Positions 1-13,911 of a stretch of 64,000 nt of DNA are shown piece by piece (within the stretch, counting starts at the first letter, position 1; the number at the start of each line of letters is the position of its first letter). A model generated the notes under the pieces. It was given only the letters and a program-made list of their open reading frames with translations. It ran no database searches and was not told where the DNA came from. Position numbers and translations under genes: made by a program. Source of the stretch: the human T2T-CHM13v2.0 reference genome, Homo sapiens; the NCBI GenBank assembly GCA_009914755.4, contig CP068257.2:17792001-17856000 (forward strand), in the 5' to 3' direction.

Positions 1-3000
1 GTATTATTAATTTGCCCCAACCTGGACTACAAATCCGTTTTTCAAAATAAATTATGGTTTAATATCAAATGATGAATTCTTACTAAAGACAATATACATT
101 TTCAGTTATAAATTATGGCAAAAGTTATAAAGATTTCAAAATTACAGGAAAAAAATCACTACTGCTGGCTATTAATTTCTGCCATCCTCCCCTCCTCTGT
201 TACAATGTAGAATGTCTTTTGTAGCAATATCATTACCAGATCAAGGAGTACAACAGAAGCCTCAGGTACTGAGGTTTTCTGCTTTTGAACTAGAACATGC
301 ATATTTCTTTTTCTCACAATGGAGCAGCTGATCCAGGGCATATGAGCAGACTTTGCCTGGATTTTCTTTTTAGTACTCTCTGTGGGTACTTGCTTTGAAA
401 CTTACCTGGAGTCACGAAAGGAGTAGGCTGCAGTGAGAAGAACATGATCCTTGAAATCATGTGAAACCTAATTTGAGGACTTGCTCCATTTCTTGACTCA
501 GAGTAACTTGGACTGGTTATGCGTCATACCTGAGCCTCTCTTCCCACAGCTCTAAAGTCAAGTGTATGAGTATTAGCAGTGGGGATGGGGAAAAGAACAC
601 CACTTCTGAGGAAATTGCAAACATTCAAGTTTTAAGCTATGTAAACTATCTCGCACATAGTAGGGACTCCATAAAATATTAGCTTTCTGCAGAATTTTTT
701 CTCCAGTAGATGAAGTCAGGCTTCCAATCCCTACATTTTACTCACTGGTTGCTCATTCTCTAAATTGACAAAATGGATCACATACGGTTCCCTCTAATTC
801 CCTCCTGTCCTTTTCCTTGTTTCTACTTCACTCCTTCTCCAACTTATTTATATGATTTCAAGCCTTCAATGCCCCACAAAATTTCTAAAAAGATAAACAT
901 GCAGATTGAATCTCTATAATTATTTTCTAAAGGAAACATCTCTTCCAGGGTGTTTTAAAAATTTACTAATACTTTTCAGGCAAGCTCTTCCTATTTGCTC
1001 TAGCTCTGTCTTCTAGCTCATTCTTTTCTAGTTCTATCCCTCCATTTCCTCCACTTCTTTTCTCTATAAATTCCTACTGATGTAGCTTCAGGGTCCCAAG
1101 ACTGTTGGAATTATAATAATAACCTTAAGTTATTTACATTCCTTATTACTAATCTATAGGTCATCTTGATAAGATGCTTTAATTGCATATTTAAAAATTG
1201 CAAGCCAACTTCATTTGATGTAATGTTAATTCAGAAAATAAATATTCAGCTACAATAGATACAGTCAATTTTCAATGATTTCAGTAACCTAATTCAGTAA
1301 GTAAGCACGTAATTCTAAAGATCACAAAGGAGAGACATTGTTTTACACTGTCTTTCCTATAAAGGTTGTTATATAGCTCTCATAATTAATTAAAGCATAT
1401 TCAATGTTAACAATTTTTCGGGTATACTTTTTCACTTTTCTTAGTCTCATACAAGTGAATAATTATGAAGCCTGACATTTTATCCTGAATAAGTCATAAC
1501 TTTCAAATAATCCTTTATTAAATAACATATATAAAATATGCAAATTATAAATGTATAGCTAGTTTATTTCAAAAATGGAACACACCTGCATAACAGACAC
1601 ACTGATCAAGAAATAAACTTGACCAGTACATTGCACTGTGTTCTATTAGATATATTAAGTGATTCATTCTAAAGATGTGACCTTTCACGATTGAGGGAGC
1701 TGGTTAAACCCATCTGTGTAAGGCTCTTGTCTTCATGTCTGATGCCAGGGCTTGAAGTCCACCAGGCAAGCAGTCAGGAAGGGAAGGTGACATAAAGTCG
1801 ATGAGGGCTATGGCAAGCCAGAACTCACAGGTATAAGTGGACCCCACAAAGGTGCCCCGGGATCTGCCTCAATTCTTACTCATTCCAACCTTCATGCTAT
1901 GATATCTTGTGGAGAAGCTGGCACCCTTTCTCCTGGCACTAACCATCCAGATGACTCAGGAGTTAGAAAGTCTGAAGAGGAATACAGAGCGGTTGCATTT
2001 GCAGTCCCCTCTGCTCCCCCACAGCAAGTAGATAAACCTGCAGACAAAGTAGTAACATGTGTGAGGTACTCCAATGCCTGTCTGAACTTTTGAAAGCAAA
2101 AATCAAAATGATTGCGGCTCCTCTTCTGACTTCAAATATTATGTGAAAATATGTCTTGTGGTCCACCCTATCCAAAAACACAGAGAGAAAGGAATTCTGA
2201 GAAACGTGGCTAATCACAGTTCAATTGACATTTTACAAAGCCACCAGAACCAGTAACTTTGTTATCCTTGAGAACCACATGTGGAAAAGGGAGATAACTG
2301 GGTTGGCGCAAGGCCACTCAGAGAACCCTCTTGAATGTGTAATGGTAGTATATGAATGCAGTCTTCAATTATATTTCCATAACAGTTAAATAGGATACAC
2401 TTTCATATGTCATTGGCCATTCTGACATTCCGTTTTCTGAAGTGCCTATTCAAGTATTTTGCTTTTGTGAGGGAAGGGGTGTGTCTTGGTCTATCACTCT
2501 TTTATGGATTTGTAGGATGTCCTCACATTTATTTCAGATACGAGTCATTTGTTGACAAAAAAATAAAGATATATAGATATATATATCACATATCTTTTAG
2601 TATTCTCTGGGTTGCCTATTTGTTGTCTTAATAAATGTCCATGACTTTTTGACTTATATAACAGGGAGCTCTAGATTTAATACGAAACCAAACACTTAAT
2701 TGGAAAGTAGATCAAAATGGCGAATCCAATATATTAAAGAAAATATTTTTAATCTAGATAGACACACTTAAAATTACATGCCTAACAAATTATTATAGTT
2801 TGTATAATTATACATTTTATAAATAATCTTTTAGAATATTTATTTTAAAATGTGTTTAATATGATTATTAAATGGTTACTATAATATGCAGAGCAAAAGG
2901 GGAGCCTTAAGTCTTTTTTAAAAAACTAAAAATGTTTTTGATGAAAACTATTATTTAACTTCATAAAATGAAAACTAACATGAGAGGAACATAATTATAA

Positions 3001-6000
3001 GATAAACAGTGTCACATGGTATTAAAATAATAAAACACATATGCAATGGGCACTTTACAACACAGATAAATCCCCTCTAGGTTACTGTTAGGAGAGCCAA
3101 AGTAACATTTTGTATCTGATTTTATTTATTCAACTTTTTACTTCTTTTCTTGCTCATGAATTTTACATTCCTTTTCCCTCTCTTTCCCTATCCTTTCCTC
3201 ATCCTTTTCCTTATTTATGTACAAGTATCTCAGGATTTCTAATAAACTAAAGGAAAATCCATTACTTAAACAAGCTTCATCAGGCTCTTAGTGTAAAACT
3301 CTATTAGCTTTAATACAACACATGGCAATTTGCCCAAGGCAGTTTCTCTAATTCAGTGCCTAGAAATATCCAGTGATTTAACTTCAGTGTCTGAAATCAC
3401 CAAAGTACTTTCCCATTCCACCAACAGAATAAAGCTGACAGCTCATAAAAGCCATCTTTTGCCCCTTCTAGTTATTTTTCTAGTTAAAGATGAGCTCCAT
3501 GACCTAATTGCCATCCCTTTGCATTCTAATCTAGTATTTGAGGACAGCAATAAAGATGTAGGTTGTTTCTTATGGATAATTTCCTAAAAATTGAGTGTTT
3601 TTAAGTATGAACCTAATATATTTCCTGAAGGACTTAAAGCCTCCTTGTGGTTTATTGGTTTGTTTTAGAAAAAAAAAATTGACTTTCTAAAATAAAATAT
3701 CTATCCACATCGAAACTAGTAGGGAAATTGATATCAAAATTGTCCTCATAAAGGAGGGGACTATATCCATCAACAAAATTCATCTATCAGTGTTCCTATT
3801 TGCATGACCAAGAACATCCAAACTGACTTGATAACAAAATGTGTAATTAAATGTTTGATTTGATAAATTCATCAATTTACTCAAGTTACGCATAGACTGG
3901 TTGGGTCACTGCTGAATAAGCCAACACAAATATTGCTGGCATAAGTTGAGACACCACTTATAACTTGGGTACAATTCGGCTACATCGTTTGCTTCATAAA
4001 GTATTGCTTGACCCAAGAAACTATCAATTCATATATCCTATCCCAATATATAGCTCAGCTGTGGAATGTCACAGGGCTTCAAAAAAGTAGACGCTTCCCA
4101 GCCTTAAAAAATATGCAACCACTCAGCACAACCCAGCCCAATCCCCTTGAGCCTTCTCAAGTTCCCATGACACTTTCTTAAAGTCATTGCACCCACATTC
4201 ACATTTGCTATTGTCAGAAGAACAAAGAAATCTCTATTGTACTTTGCAAGTGACTGCAATCTGCTTCTCATTACACCTAGGTAACCGTATTAACATCAGA
4301 ACACCGTAATCCCTACCTACACTCCAATCTGTTCAGCAGCATCTATCCTTGAGAGGTTCAAAGGTATTTGAGATATAGGAAAAACCAAAGTGTTTTCTCT
4401 ACTCTCCCACACCACTCCCCACTCAACACAGTACTTCTCCTCCAACATAGATGAGTGACTTTTGTTTTTGCTCTTTCTACATATTAATCTATTTTCCAGC
4501 AAAGACCAACTGGGTGTTTTATAATTTAATTCTATTCTGACATTATCTATCACAGTCTGCGTGGAGTTAGAGTCAAATCTGAGAAGTTATGGGCTCAGTC
4601 TTCGTCTGCAAAGACTGGGCCTGCTTGGGCTGCCAGTTGTAAGTCCCAGGTTGTGACTTGCACTTCTGCCCAACTTCTGGCTATAAATCAGGGGTTTCCA
4701 TAATCCCTTCCTTGGATTTGATTAATTTGCTAGAGCACCCCTCAGAACTCAGTGAATAAATTACTTATATTTATCTATTTATTATAAAGAATAGTATTAA
4801 TACAAAGTATACAGATGAACATCCAGACGAAAAAGATGCATAGGGTAAGGCCTAAGAGAAAAGGCATGAAGTTTCCATTTCCTCCTTGGGTGCACCCCCT
4901 CCAGGCACCTTTGTGTGTTCAGCAGTTCAGACGCTCTTCCCCAACCCAATCTTTTTGAATTTATATGCAGGGCTTATTTCATAGGCATGACTGATTAAAT
5001 CATGGGCCACCTTCTCCTCCCTGAAGTTCAGAAGTGGCAGTGAAAGTTCCAACCCTCTAATCACAAGGTTAGTTTCCCTAGAAACCAAACCTCACCTGAG
5101 GCTATCCAGTAATCCTTAAAGAATAGCTTCATTAGAGCAAAAGAGGCTTCTATCACTTCCAGGAAACTCCAAGGAATTTAAGCTGTTTCCCAGGAAATGG
5201 TGAAGAAGATCACATATTCATGTTTTTATATAAATCACAATATTACAAATAGTGATAAGATTGTCAATCAGGAACCAAACAATAGCTCCAATTTGCTTCC
5301 AATCAGTCCAGAGATAAATGGGTGCTAAGTCACAGCTATTCTCTAGATTATCTAATGTAGTCTTTAGACAGGGCCTAAAATCAATAAGCATCTAATTTAT
5401 CTTCTCCAGACAAAATAGGTCATGTGGTCTCTCCCAGTATGAGCTGTGTGTTTTGCTACATGTGAGACAAAAGTACCTAAGCATATTGTTATTTTTTGTA
5501 GATATTCTTTCAGGTAAAGAGCTACTACTTTTTTCCTGACATCATGATCTGTTTTTGAATTTTGTTGCCTTGTCTGTCATAGTCCCCCTCTTTCATATTC
5601 TAATAATTTTTATCCATATCCTTCTTCCTCCAGTAGAATATTCTGGTTCAGAAATACTGGCTACCATTGAGCTGGCAATAACATTGTTAAAGCAGGACTT
5701 CTTCCTTCACCCAATTTCCAGTGTGATTTGAGAGGTAAAAATTACAAGAATGTCCCTGAAACTTGGCAAGGGGATCACATTCACAATTAGCCTCAATTTA
5801 GCAATAAAGAATGAGGTTCAATCCACCCCCAACGTTCCATTTGTACCATATGGAGTCCAATACAGTGTTGCAATTGTCATGTTATATACAGTGATGCCTC
5901 CTGATACTTGTACAAGAAAGCAAATCTCTTGCCCTGAAATAAACTAGAATAAAATGAAAGAAAAAAAATCTGAGATAAAGAAGATATACATATGGGTAGT

Positions 6001-6649
6001 TTTGTCATCTCCCACCCCATCATTTCTCTGTCTTGTGGAGTAGCCCCTAGAGCACCTCTCATATCAACCTAAGACATTGATTTTCTTGGGCATTCTTTCA
6101 AGCTCCTTTCTTCTTCTATTTTACATAATATCTTTTATTTGCACATTCCGATTTTTAAAAGACCACTGCTACATTGTTGATATGTCGAATGTGAGATGTC
6201 CTTATGTATATTTTTTCCTTATATTTTTATGACAGTTTGTTGCTGTTGTTAGTGGCAAAAAAATACTGTCAATATATAAGCAAAACCATTCAGAGACAAA
6301 ACTGTCATCTTTACTAAACTGAAAGAAGAACTATTTTACAGAAGCTCTATAGGCTTAAATAAATGATGTCACACAGAAACCCAGGAAGAAAGAAGACCAG
6401 AAAGTCTAAATATGTTAGTAAATATAAATGATCTATGTTCAAGATCAGTGGCTTTCAACCACAGATGAGGGCAATTTTGTCCCCCTCTTCATAGAGGGCA
6501 GTGTTTGGAAACATTATTTTTATTGTTATGACTGGAGTGAGGAAGGGATTTGCTACTTATATCTAATGGGAAGAGACCAGGAATGGGGCTGAACATACTA
6601 CAATGTACAGGATACTTCTCCCCAACAACAAAGAAGCATCAAGTACAAA

Positions 6650-7640
6650 ATGTCAATAGTGACAAGGTTGAGAAACTCTAGTCTCTTTCAATGTACGTCT
6701 CCTTAAAGACTGTTAGCTGCTAAAGCAAAGCCAAAAAATGTGTAAAAATAGAAATATAAAAATAAATATACAACAGTTCGAAATGCAGTAAGTAGTGATA
6801 GATTGTTATAAAATTATTAAAAAGATGAAGTAATATAATTCTTGTAATAGAAACCAAATGAATTACAGATGTGTACTGAAATCTCTAAAGGACCCATCAT
6901 AAAATAACACAAATAGGCTTAGCTAAAAAACTTATCAGAGGAGATAAAATGGAACAATGAACAATATTTGATTCAACTTTCAAAAGGCAGCACATAAATA
7001 ATAAAACAAAGAGCAAATGAGAAACATAGAAATTAAATGTCAACAAGTGAACTTAAATCAAAATATGTCAATAACTGCTTGAATGTAAATAGCCTACAAA
7101 CCTAACTAAAAGGCAGATATTGTAAGGACTGGTAAAAATGTAAGACCTTATATGTTATTCTCCCCTCTCCCCTCAAAAATCACAATTGATACCTAAGGAC
7201 ACAAACAAATTGAAAGTAATACCAAAAAAAAATACATGCAAAAACTATAGGTAAGAAACCTGTTGCGACTATACTAGAATTAGAGAAAATAGATTGTCAA
7301 GACCAGAAAATTACTAGAGATTTTAAAAGTACATTTCATAACATAAAAGATCAATTGATCAAGAGAATATAAATACTGTATGTTTGTGCACTCAATAACA
7401 AAGTTCCCAAGTATATGAAGCTAAACTGACAAACTTTAATCCCTTCTCTCTGATGAATTGTAAAAGTAGACACAAAGTGGGCAAGGATATGGAAAATTTG
7501 AAGAACACTATTAACCAACTTGACTTAATGAATGTATATAAAACACTACACCAAACAAAAGAAGAATACACATCCTTCTGAAGTGGAAGAAAAGTTAGGA
7601 AGTATAGAATAATAATACTAGACAACTAGAGAAAAAATGG
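6650..7640 (+). mobile_element. Ancient L1 (L1M-like) fragment spanning the ORF1/ORF2 junction and the 5' end of ORF2, internally deleted
   Basis: Recalled L1 consensus motifs: '...atgtcaataactgcttgaatgtaaatagcctacaaacctaactaaaaggcagatattgtaaggactgg...' (ORF2 start region) and '...aacactattaaccaacttgacttaatgaatgtatataaaacactacaccaaacaaaagaagaatacacatccttctgaagtg...' (endonuclease-domain end). Highly diverged. Confidence 0.55.
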
Positions 7641-8048
7641 AAATAATGCTTTGCTATGAAAATCTAGAGGTCATGAGAATTTCAAATATTTTCCTCATGA
7701 ATATATATCTTTCAAGTATGTTGAAAGAATAAAAATAAATTAATGAAATCATATGAGGGAATTGTATTGAAAAAGCTTACTGACATTAAAATATGGCATA
7801 AAGTGCACTGATATAAGTATATATGAACAAATTTAAGATATTTAGAAAATATTTAGAGGAGTTACAGTAAATGTATATTAATACATTAGCAAACGTTGAT
7901 TTTGATGGTTTTGAACAATGGGGGCTGAGTCCTATAAATTTTTGGCAAGAGGAAATTGCATTGCTTTCACGTTAAAAGAAGATCATAGTCCATAATAATA
8001 GAAAGTATATGGTGAGATTGATCCAAAGTCTCATATGGAGGCATATTT

Positions 8049-8364
8049 TTTAAAAATCCAGCCAGGTACAGTGGCTCATGCCTACAATTCCAACATGTTG
8101 GAAGGCTGAGACAGAAGGATTGCTTCAGCCCAGGGGTTTGAGAGTAGCCTGGGGAGTATGATGAGAGCCCATCTCTACAAAACATTTAAAAACTAGCCAA
8201 GCATGGTGGCACATCCCTGTGGTCTCATTTACTTGTAAGGCTGTGGCAGGAGGATCCTTTGAGCCCGGAGGTGGAGGCTGCAGTGAGCTGTGTTCACTCC
8301 TCTGTATTCCAGCCTTGGTGACAGAGTAAGACCCTGTTTCCAAAAAAAAAAAAAAAAAAAAAAA
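8049..8364 (+). mobile_element. Alu SINE (older AluS/J-like) with 23-nt poly-A tail
   Basis: Dimeric Alu structure: starts 'gccaggtacagtggctcatgcctacaattccaacatgttggaaggctgag', ends '...ccagccttggtgacagagtaagaccctgtttccaaaaaaaaaaaaaaaaaaaaaaa'. Confidence 0.95.
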
Positions 8365-10583
8365 CCCACAAGGAAACAATAAAATTGGATATGCATATTA
8401 TGAATAGATATGCAATATACATAAATTTATCAATTAATTAGTTTCATTTTAAATCAAAAATTATATAATATGCTTCTTTGTATTGTCCCAGGACTTTGAA
8501 TATATAGTAATTATATATTACTTTGAAATATTTTGCTAAACAAGACACTAATGACAGTAATGTAATTATTTTTCTTAGTAAGAGGTCTTACATGTGCTAG
8601 CTAAGCATTTGTTGACTGAACGAATGTATTTTATCCATGTTTATCTTGAAGTTTAGAATATATAATTCCATTAGGGCCAACCATCATTGAGGTCATTGTG
8701 ATATTGCTATTTTAAGAACATATTAGTTTGCATATTCAGTTTATTTTGAACAAATGCATAAAGTATCAGAAAAACACAAATAAACTCTCTAAATGCAACT
8801 GTTAAAAAAAGAAATTACCACAGAGCATGCAATTATTGCATTATAACCATGAAAAATTAAATTACAGTTTCTGTTCAGTATTGAATTTTTCACTTTTTGA
8901 TATTAGAGATAAATCACATTTTAAATTTAATTAGTGGCAATACGATAAGAGAAGTTTTTGAAGTCAATTTTTTCAATTAAAATGAAAATTTGAAGAAATA
9001 GCAAACACAGAGCAAATTTTCTCACTGTTCTTTATTGAAAATATGCCTATCAATAATTAAAGGGTTATTTTATGACACATTGTGCCTTGCATAAATCTCC
9101 CATGTGACTGTTATTTGTAATCCTCACAATAATCACTTAGACAACTTTGGCCTATAAACACTTAAGATCAGTAGTAAAACAAAGACATTTATGTCAAATA
9201 TTGACATGTGTATAGCATGTCTATTTTATGTTTATTTCATCACACCCTTCTGAAGGATGTCTTTATTCAGCCATAGAAACACAAGATAATACAAGTCAAG
9301 GACACTTTAGAAACCATAAAATCTAATCTTATGTTAATTTTAAAACACAGAAAACTGAGGTTCTAGAGAAGATAAATGACTTGAACAAGGTCAGGAAGCT
9401 AATCTAGGGCAGAGCAAGGAATCATATGTAAACGTGAAAAAATGACTAACCTCTTTTATGTTGGGCAAAGAACTGTGTAAATTTTCTCGGCATGCATGAG
9501 TGATTTTCAATCTGGTAACTCCGTCATAAAATTCAACAAACTTGTCAGCACCAAGTTGTTTCAGATTTTACATAGCATGTTGATCACAATTCATTAATAA
9601 TTTCTTTCCATTATGAATTTAAAATATAATTAAACATTGATAGTCATTATCAGGACTGAACACATGGTGTATGCATTGCCATTTCTGCTGGTAAAGTCAG
9701 CATCTGAGCTGTTCTAACGATAAAAGGGGAAAGAACAAACAAAGTGAAGAGAGTTGACATCCATGTGATGCTGAAAATATTACGTTATAAAGCTGGCTGG
9801 ATATCTGAAAGTTACAGACCTAGAATTCCGCTTCCAAGTGAAAGCGGCAGCTGGCTGAAGAACAGTGGACAAAGAGAATGATGAATCAAATCAAGGTTTG
9901 ATGTAAAGTAGAACACAGGGAGCAAACATTTTAGTTCTTTTGTGGTAAGATTTATTTCCTTCCCGTTTTTCAGAGAGTAAAAAACTGCTTCAGAATGCTA
10001 TGCACACTATTGTATCCTGCCCACTGAATTTCCTTCTTTACGCTTTTTTCTCATTTATTTCCCGTGAGACTAAGTCCTACCTCCTAGTCCTGTGCATAGT
10101 GTCCAAGCGGTTGCATTTATTTATTCTGAAAGGAAAGTTTGTAAAGAAAGTTGTAGGAAATGGGAAAAAAAAAGATATCATATTCTTTCCTTTTTTCACT
10201 TCAGCTGCAAGACACAAATAAAATATTTGGGTAAATATTACTCGTTTTGTTCAAAATATGTTTTTCTAAAAAAATGTGTAATTACGTTGTGATAATTTTG
10301 GAGATTTATGGTGATGCAAAAATAAAGAATTGGTGTTAGGATATTTGAATTTTATTAATGTTAGTCATTTCCTTAGATGAAAATTAAAATGAAGAGCTAA
10401 AAAGTATGACGTTGCTAAGTGTTTTTTATCGTTTAAAAATTTCTAGCAAATCCTTCTGTAAAAGAAAGGTGTTCATTATGCAAAAGGTTACCAACAAACT
10501 CTTTTAAATGTATTCATTTTTCTTGTACTTCAAAGGTTGTCATCAAATATTTTAATTAGTAAGTGGGATATAATAATCTAAAG

Positions 10584-10899
10584 GTGGGCTGGACGTGGTG
10601 GCTCACACCTGTAATCCCAAAACTTTGGGAGGCCAAGGCAGGTGGATCACAAAGTCAATAGTTGGAGACCAGCCTGACCAACATGGTGAGACGCTGTCTC
10701 TACTAAAAATACAAAAATTATCTGGGCATGGTGGCAAACACCTGCAATCCCAGCTACTCAGGAGGCTGAGGCTGGAGAATCGCTTGAACCCAAAGGTGGA
10801 GGTTGCAGTGAGCTGAGATTGTGCCACTGCACTCCAGCCTGGGCAACAGAGCAAGACTCCGTCTCAAAATAAATAAATAAATACAATAATAATAATAAT
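10584..10899 (+). mobile_element. Alu SINE with A-rich tail expanded into (AAAT)n/(AAT)n
   Basis: 'ggtgggctggacgtggtggctcacacctgtaatcccaaaactttgggaggccaaggcaggtggatcac...gcactccagcctgggcaacagagcaagactccgtctcaaaataaataaataaatacaataataataataat'. Confidence 0.95.
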
Positions 10900-12903
10900 C
10901 TAAAAGTGTTATTCCAGTTGATCACTGCTCTCACTTCAAGAAACAGTTGAATTAGTTTCCATATTTTAACCTATATCATATATGATAAGCCCCGTACTAA
11001 AAAAATTACAACCTGATCTTGGCTACAACATGACCATAACATCTTAGCAAAACAGAGGCTGCAGGAAAAGTACAAGAAACATTATCTAGACCAAATGTAT
11101 GTGAACTTTTAAAAAATTAGTCACTGTCAGTAGGCCTGTAGCTATGAAAGTCATATTAAGAAAAGAAAATAATACAAAGTTGAGTCACTGAAATGCAATT
11201 CACATTTGATTCATAACTTAAACCTTTTATTAATTATTGCTTTATCACTTAAAATATGAAGAACTGGAAATTCTACATTATCCAGTGATCTGTATTTTAA
11301 AGGTGTTATTTTACCGATATTTGACATTTGATTCTAGGTGCCTTAAAATGTATCATATAATATTGAAGCCATTCTCTACCAAAGAAACCAGATTGATGAA
11401 AAGCTATGGATTAGATCTCCTGTTATTCCCTCTACTATTCCAGAAGTACTTATAATACTAAAAGAAACAAATACTCATTCTTAGAAAATTTTTCTAAAAT
11501 TTTATCATTTCCAAATTTTAGGAATGTTGTAGCAATCACTATAGATAAGAGGCAGTGTGACAGTTTGTAAGTTAAAAAAAAAGAAAATAAAATAACACTG
11601 CACTAATTTGAACATATTTAGAGATGAATAGCAAACCAGAGGGAAGAGACCATGATCAGGAAAATCCTTGATAATAAACAATGAAGAAGTATTTCAGGCA
11701 GTTCTTCACAGTGTGATGTATATGTGATTATTATCTTTCAGTGTGAACAAGACTCCAAAACTTTACCAGAAAGAGAGAGGGGATGTGGCCTACTAGCTTT
11801 TCGCAAAGTTACCCCATTGTTAATCTTCTTTGTTCCTTTAAGGATAAAAACACTGTGTATGGTAGCAGGATGAATGATCAAGCTAGATTTGGGGAACGGG
11901 AGGAAGTAGGTGTTTTCCTCATATATCTTTGATAAGAAGTATGAAAGTAATTTTGTTGTTGCCAAGTTCACATATAAATACACCTGTTTTAGAGATGCAG
12001 CCATGCATTGTTTAAAAATGGAGATATGTTCAAAGAAATGTATCATTAGAGTATTTTGTCATTGTGTGAACATCATAGAGTGTGCTTACACAAAACAAGA
12101 TAATATAGCCTACTACACACCTAGGCTATATGGTATATCTTATTGCTCCTGGGCTACAGGCCTTGACAGCGTGTTATTGTACTAAATACTCAAGCAATTG
12201 TAGCACACCGAAGTATTTTTGTATCTAAACATATCTGAACATAGAAAAGGTACAGTAAAAATATGATATTATAATCTTATGGGATCACTGTCATATATGT
12301 GGTCTATTGTTGACCAAAGCATCCTAATGTAGTGCATGACTATAGCTTATTAATGTTAAAAATTAATATTGGGGAATTAAATATATATTTCATACCATGA
12401 ATCATAATAGTATACTTCTCTGAATGATATAAGCCTACTATCTTTGGGTTTAATTTGTTTTCATCCATGCTTGCTCAAAAGAAAAATCAGCATTGCTTGT
12501 TTCTCTGCTTTATTGAAACTGTAATTTGAGATGGAATGTCATTGCATCTCATTGATTATTATTTTTATAACTATTTAAATACTTTTTTGTGTATATACAT
12601 TTATATATATTTGTGTATTTCATAAATATCTATCATCTATCTTGACATGTTTAACTTTTTTCTGCTAAAATATTCTAAAACCTAATCATGAATTTGAGTT
12701 TGAAGGTTAGCATGAAGATTTTTGTTGATGTGAAACATTTTTATTTCTTTTTTCAGCTAAACATTTGTTTGACAACATGCAAGTTCACTTTGAAAACCAG
12801 AAAGATTAAGTGCCTAAAATTTAAATACAGCAGCATTTTCAACAGAGCATGCTGTGGCAATATAATGCATTTAGAATTAGGATTACAGAGGTGAATTTCA
12901 CTT

Positions 12904-13003
12904 CATATTCAAATCACATTCTAACTAGAGTGATAATTACATAACCCAGTGTCCATATTCAAATTACAATCTAACTAGAGTGATAATTACATAGCCTGAT
13001 GTC
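12904..13003. repeat. 50-bp tandem duplication (2 copies, ~90% identical)
   Basis: 'catattcaaatcacattctaactagagtgataattacataacccagtgtc' followed directly by 'catattcaaattacaatctaactagagtgataattacatagcctgatgtc'. Confidence 0.8.
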
Positions 13004-13606
13004 CAGAATTAAAGAGAAGAGTTACTCAAAGTCAACCAGTATAATGTATATATAGAAGTAAATGTATGCATGAGAGTGCGCATGTGTATATGTTTTAACC
13101 CCATCAGAAACTGGATTTCTTATTTTTCATAATTTTTAGAGAGTATGCATCTTAGTAAGTAAAAACAACTACAGCATTGACTAACAAATGGTAGCATTAA
13201 GAATAAATAAACTCTCTACCAATATTACCAGGAAACATTAGAGCAATTAGAAATAAATATAAGATGGTGCACAGAAAGAACATACACACCGTGGTCAAAT
13301 AGATCTGAATTAGATATTCTAATACATAAAAATGTGAGTTCATGTAGCAATAACTTAACCTCCTTGAGCCTCATTTTTTTCATTTTAAAAATATGGATTA
13401 TAAAAGTCTCTCAAGATTGTTAGCAGAATATAAATCATAGATAACAGATGATAGATAAAAATATAGTTTGTATTTATAACCCTTAGCTAGAATTTATAGA
13501 TTATCACAGGAATTTACTACATAGTTGCTACAGTTATTATTACTAAGTGTATTACTTTTAAGTCTTTGTTATTTCAAAGTGTCATTAACTAATATCTATT
13601 GAACAA

Positions 13607-13911
13607 CACTGATTGACTGATTGATTGATTGAGACAGAGTCTTGCTCTTGTTCCCCAGGCTGGAGTGCAGTGGCACGATCTGCTCACTGCGACCTCCGCC
13701 TCCCGGGTTCAAGCAATTCTCCTGCCTCTGCCACCCAAATAGCTGGGATTACAAGCACCTGCCACCATACCCGGCTAATTTTTGTATTTTTAGTCGAGAC
13801 AGGGTTTTGCCATGTTGGTCAGGCTGTTCTTGAACTCCTGACCTCTGGTGATCCACCCACCTCGGCCTCCCAAAGTGCTGGGATTACAGGCATGAGCCAC
13901 CGCGCCCAGCC
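13607..13911 (-). mobile_element. Alu SINE (minus orientation); the tail position is occupied by a (TGAT)n-like tract instead of plain poly-T
   Basis: 'gattgactgattgattgattgagacagagtcttgctcttgttccccaggctggagtgcagtggcacgatctgctcactgcgacctccgcctcccgggttcaagcaattctcctgcc...cccaaagtgctgggattacaggcatgagccaccgcgcccagcc'. Confidence 0.93.

Noticed and set aside
4560-5180. Possible ancient LTR/MER-type repeat ('...ctcagaactcagtgaataaattacttatatttat...gggtaaggcc...ccctctaatcacaaggttagtt...')
   Set aside because: Only a vague family resemblance. No consensus I can recall aligns convincingly.
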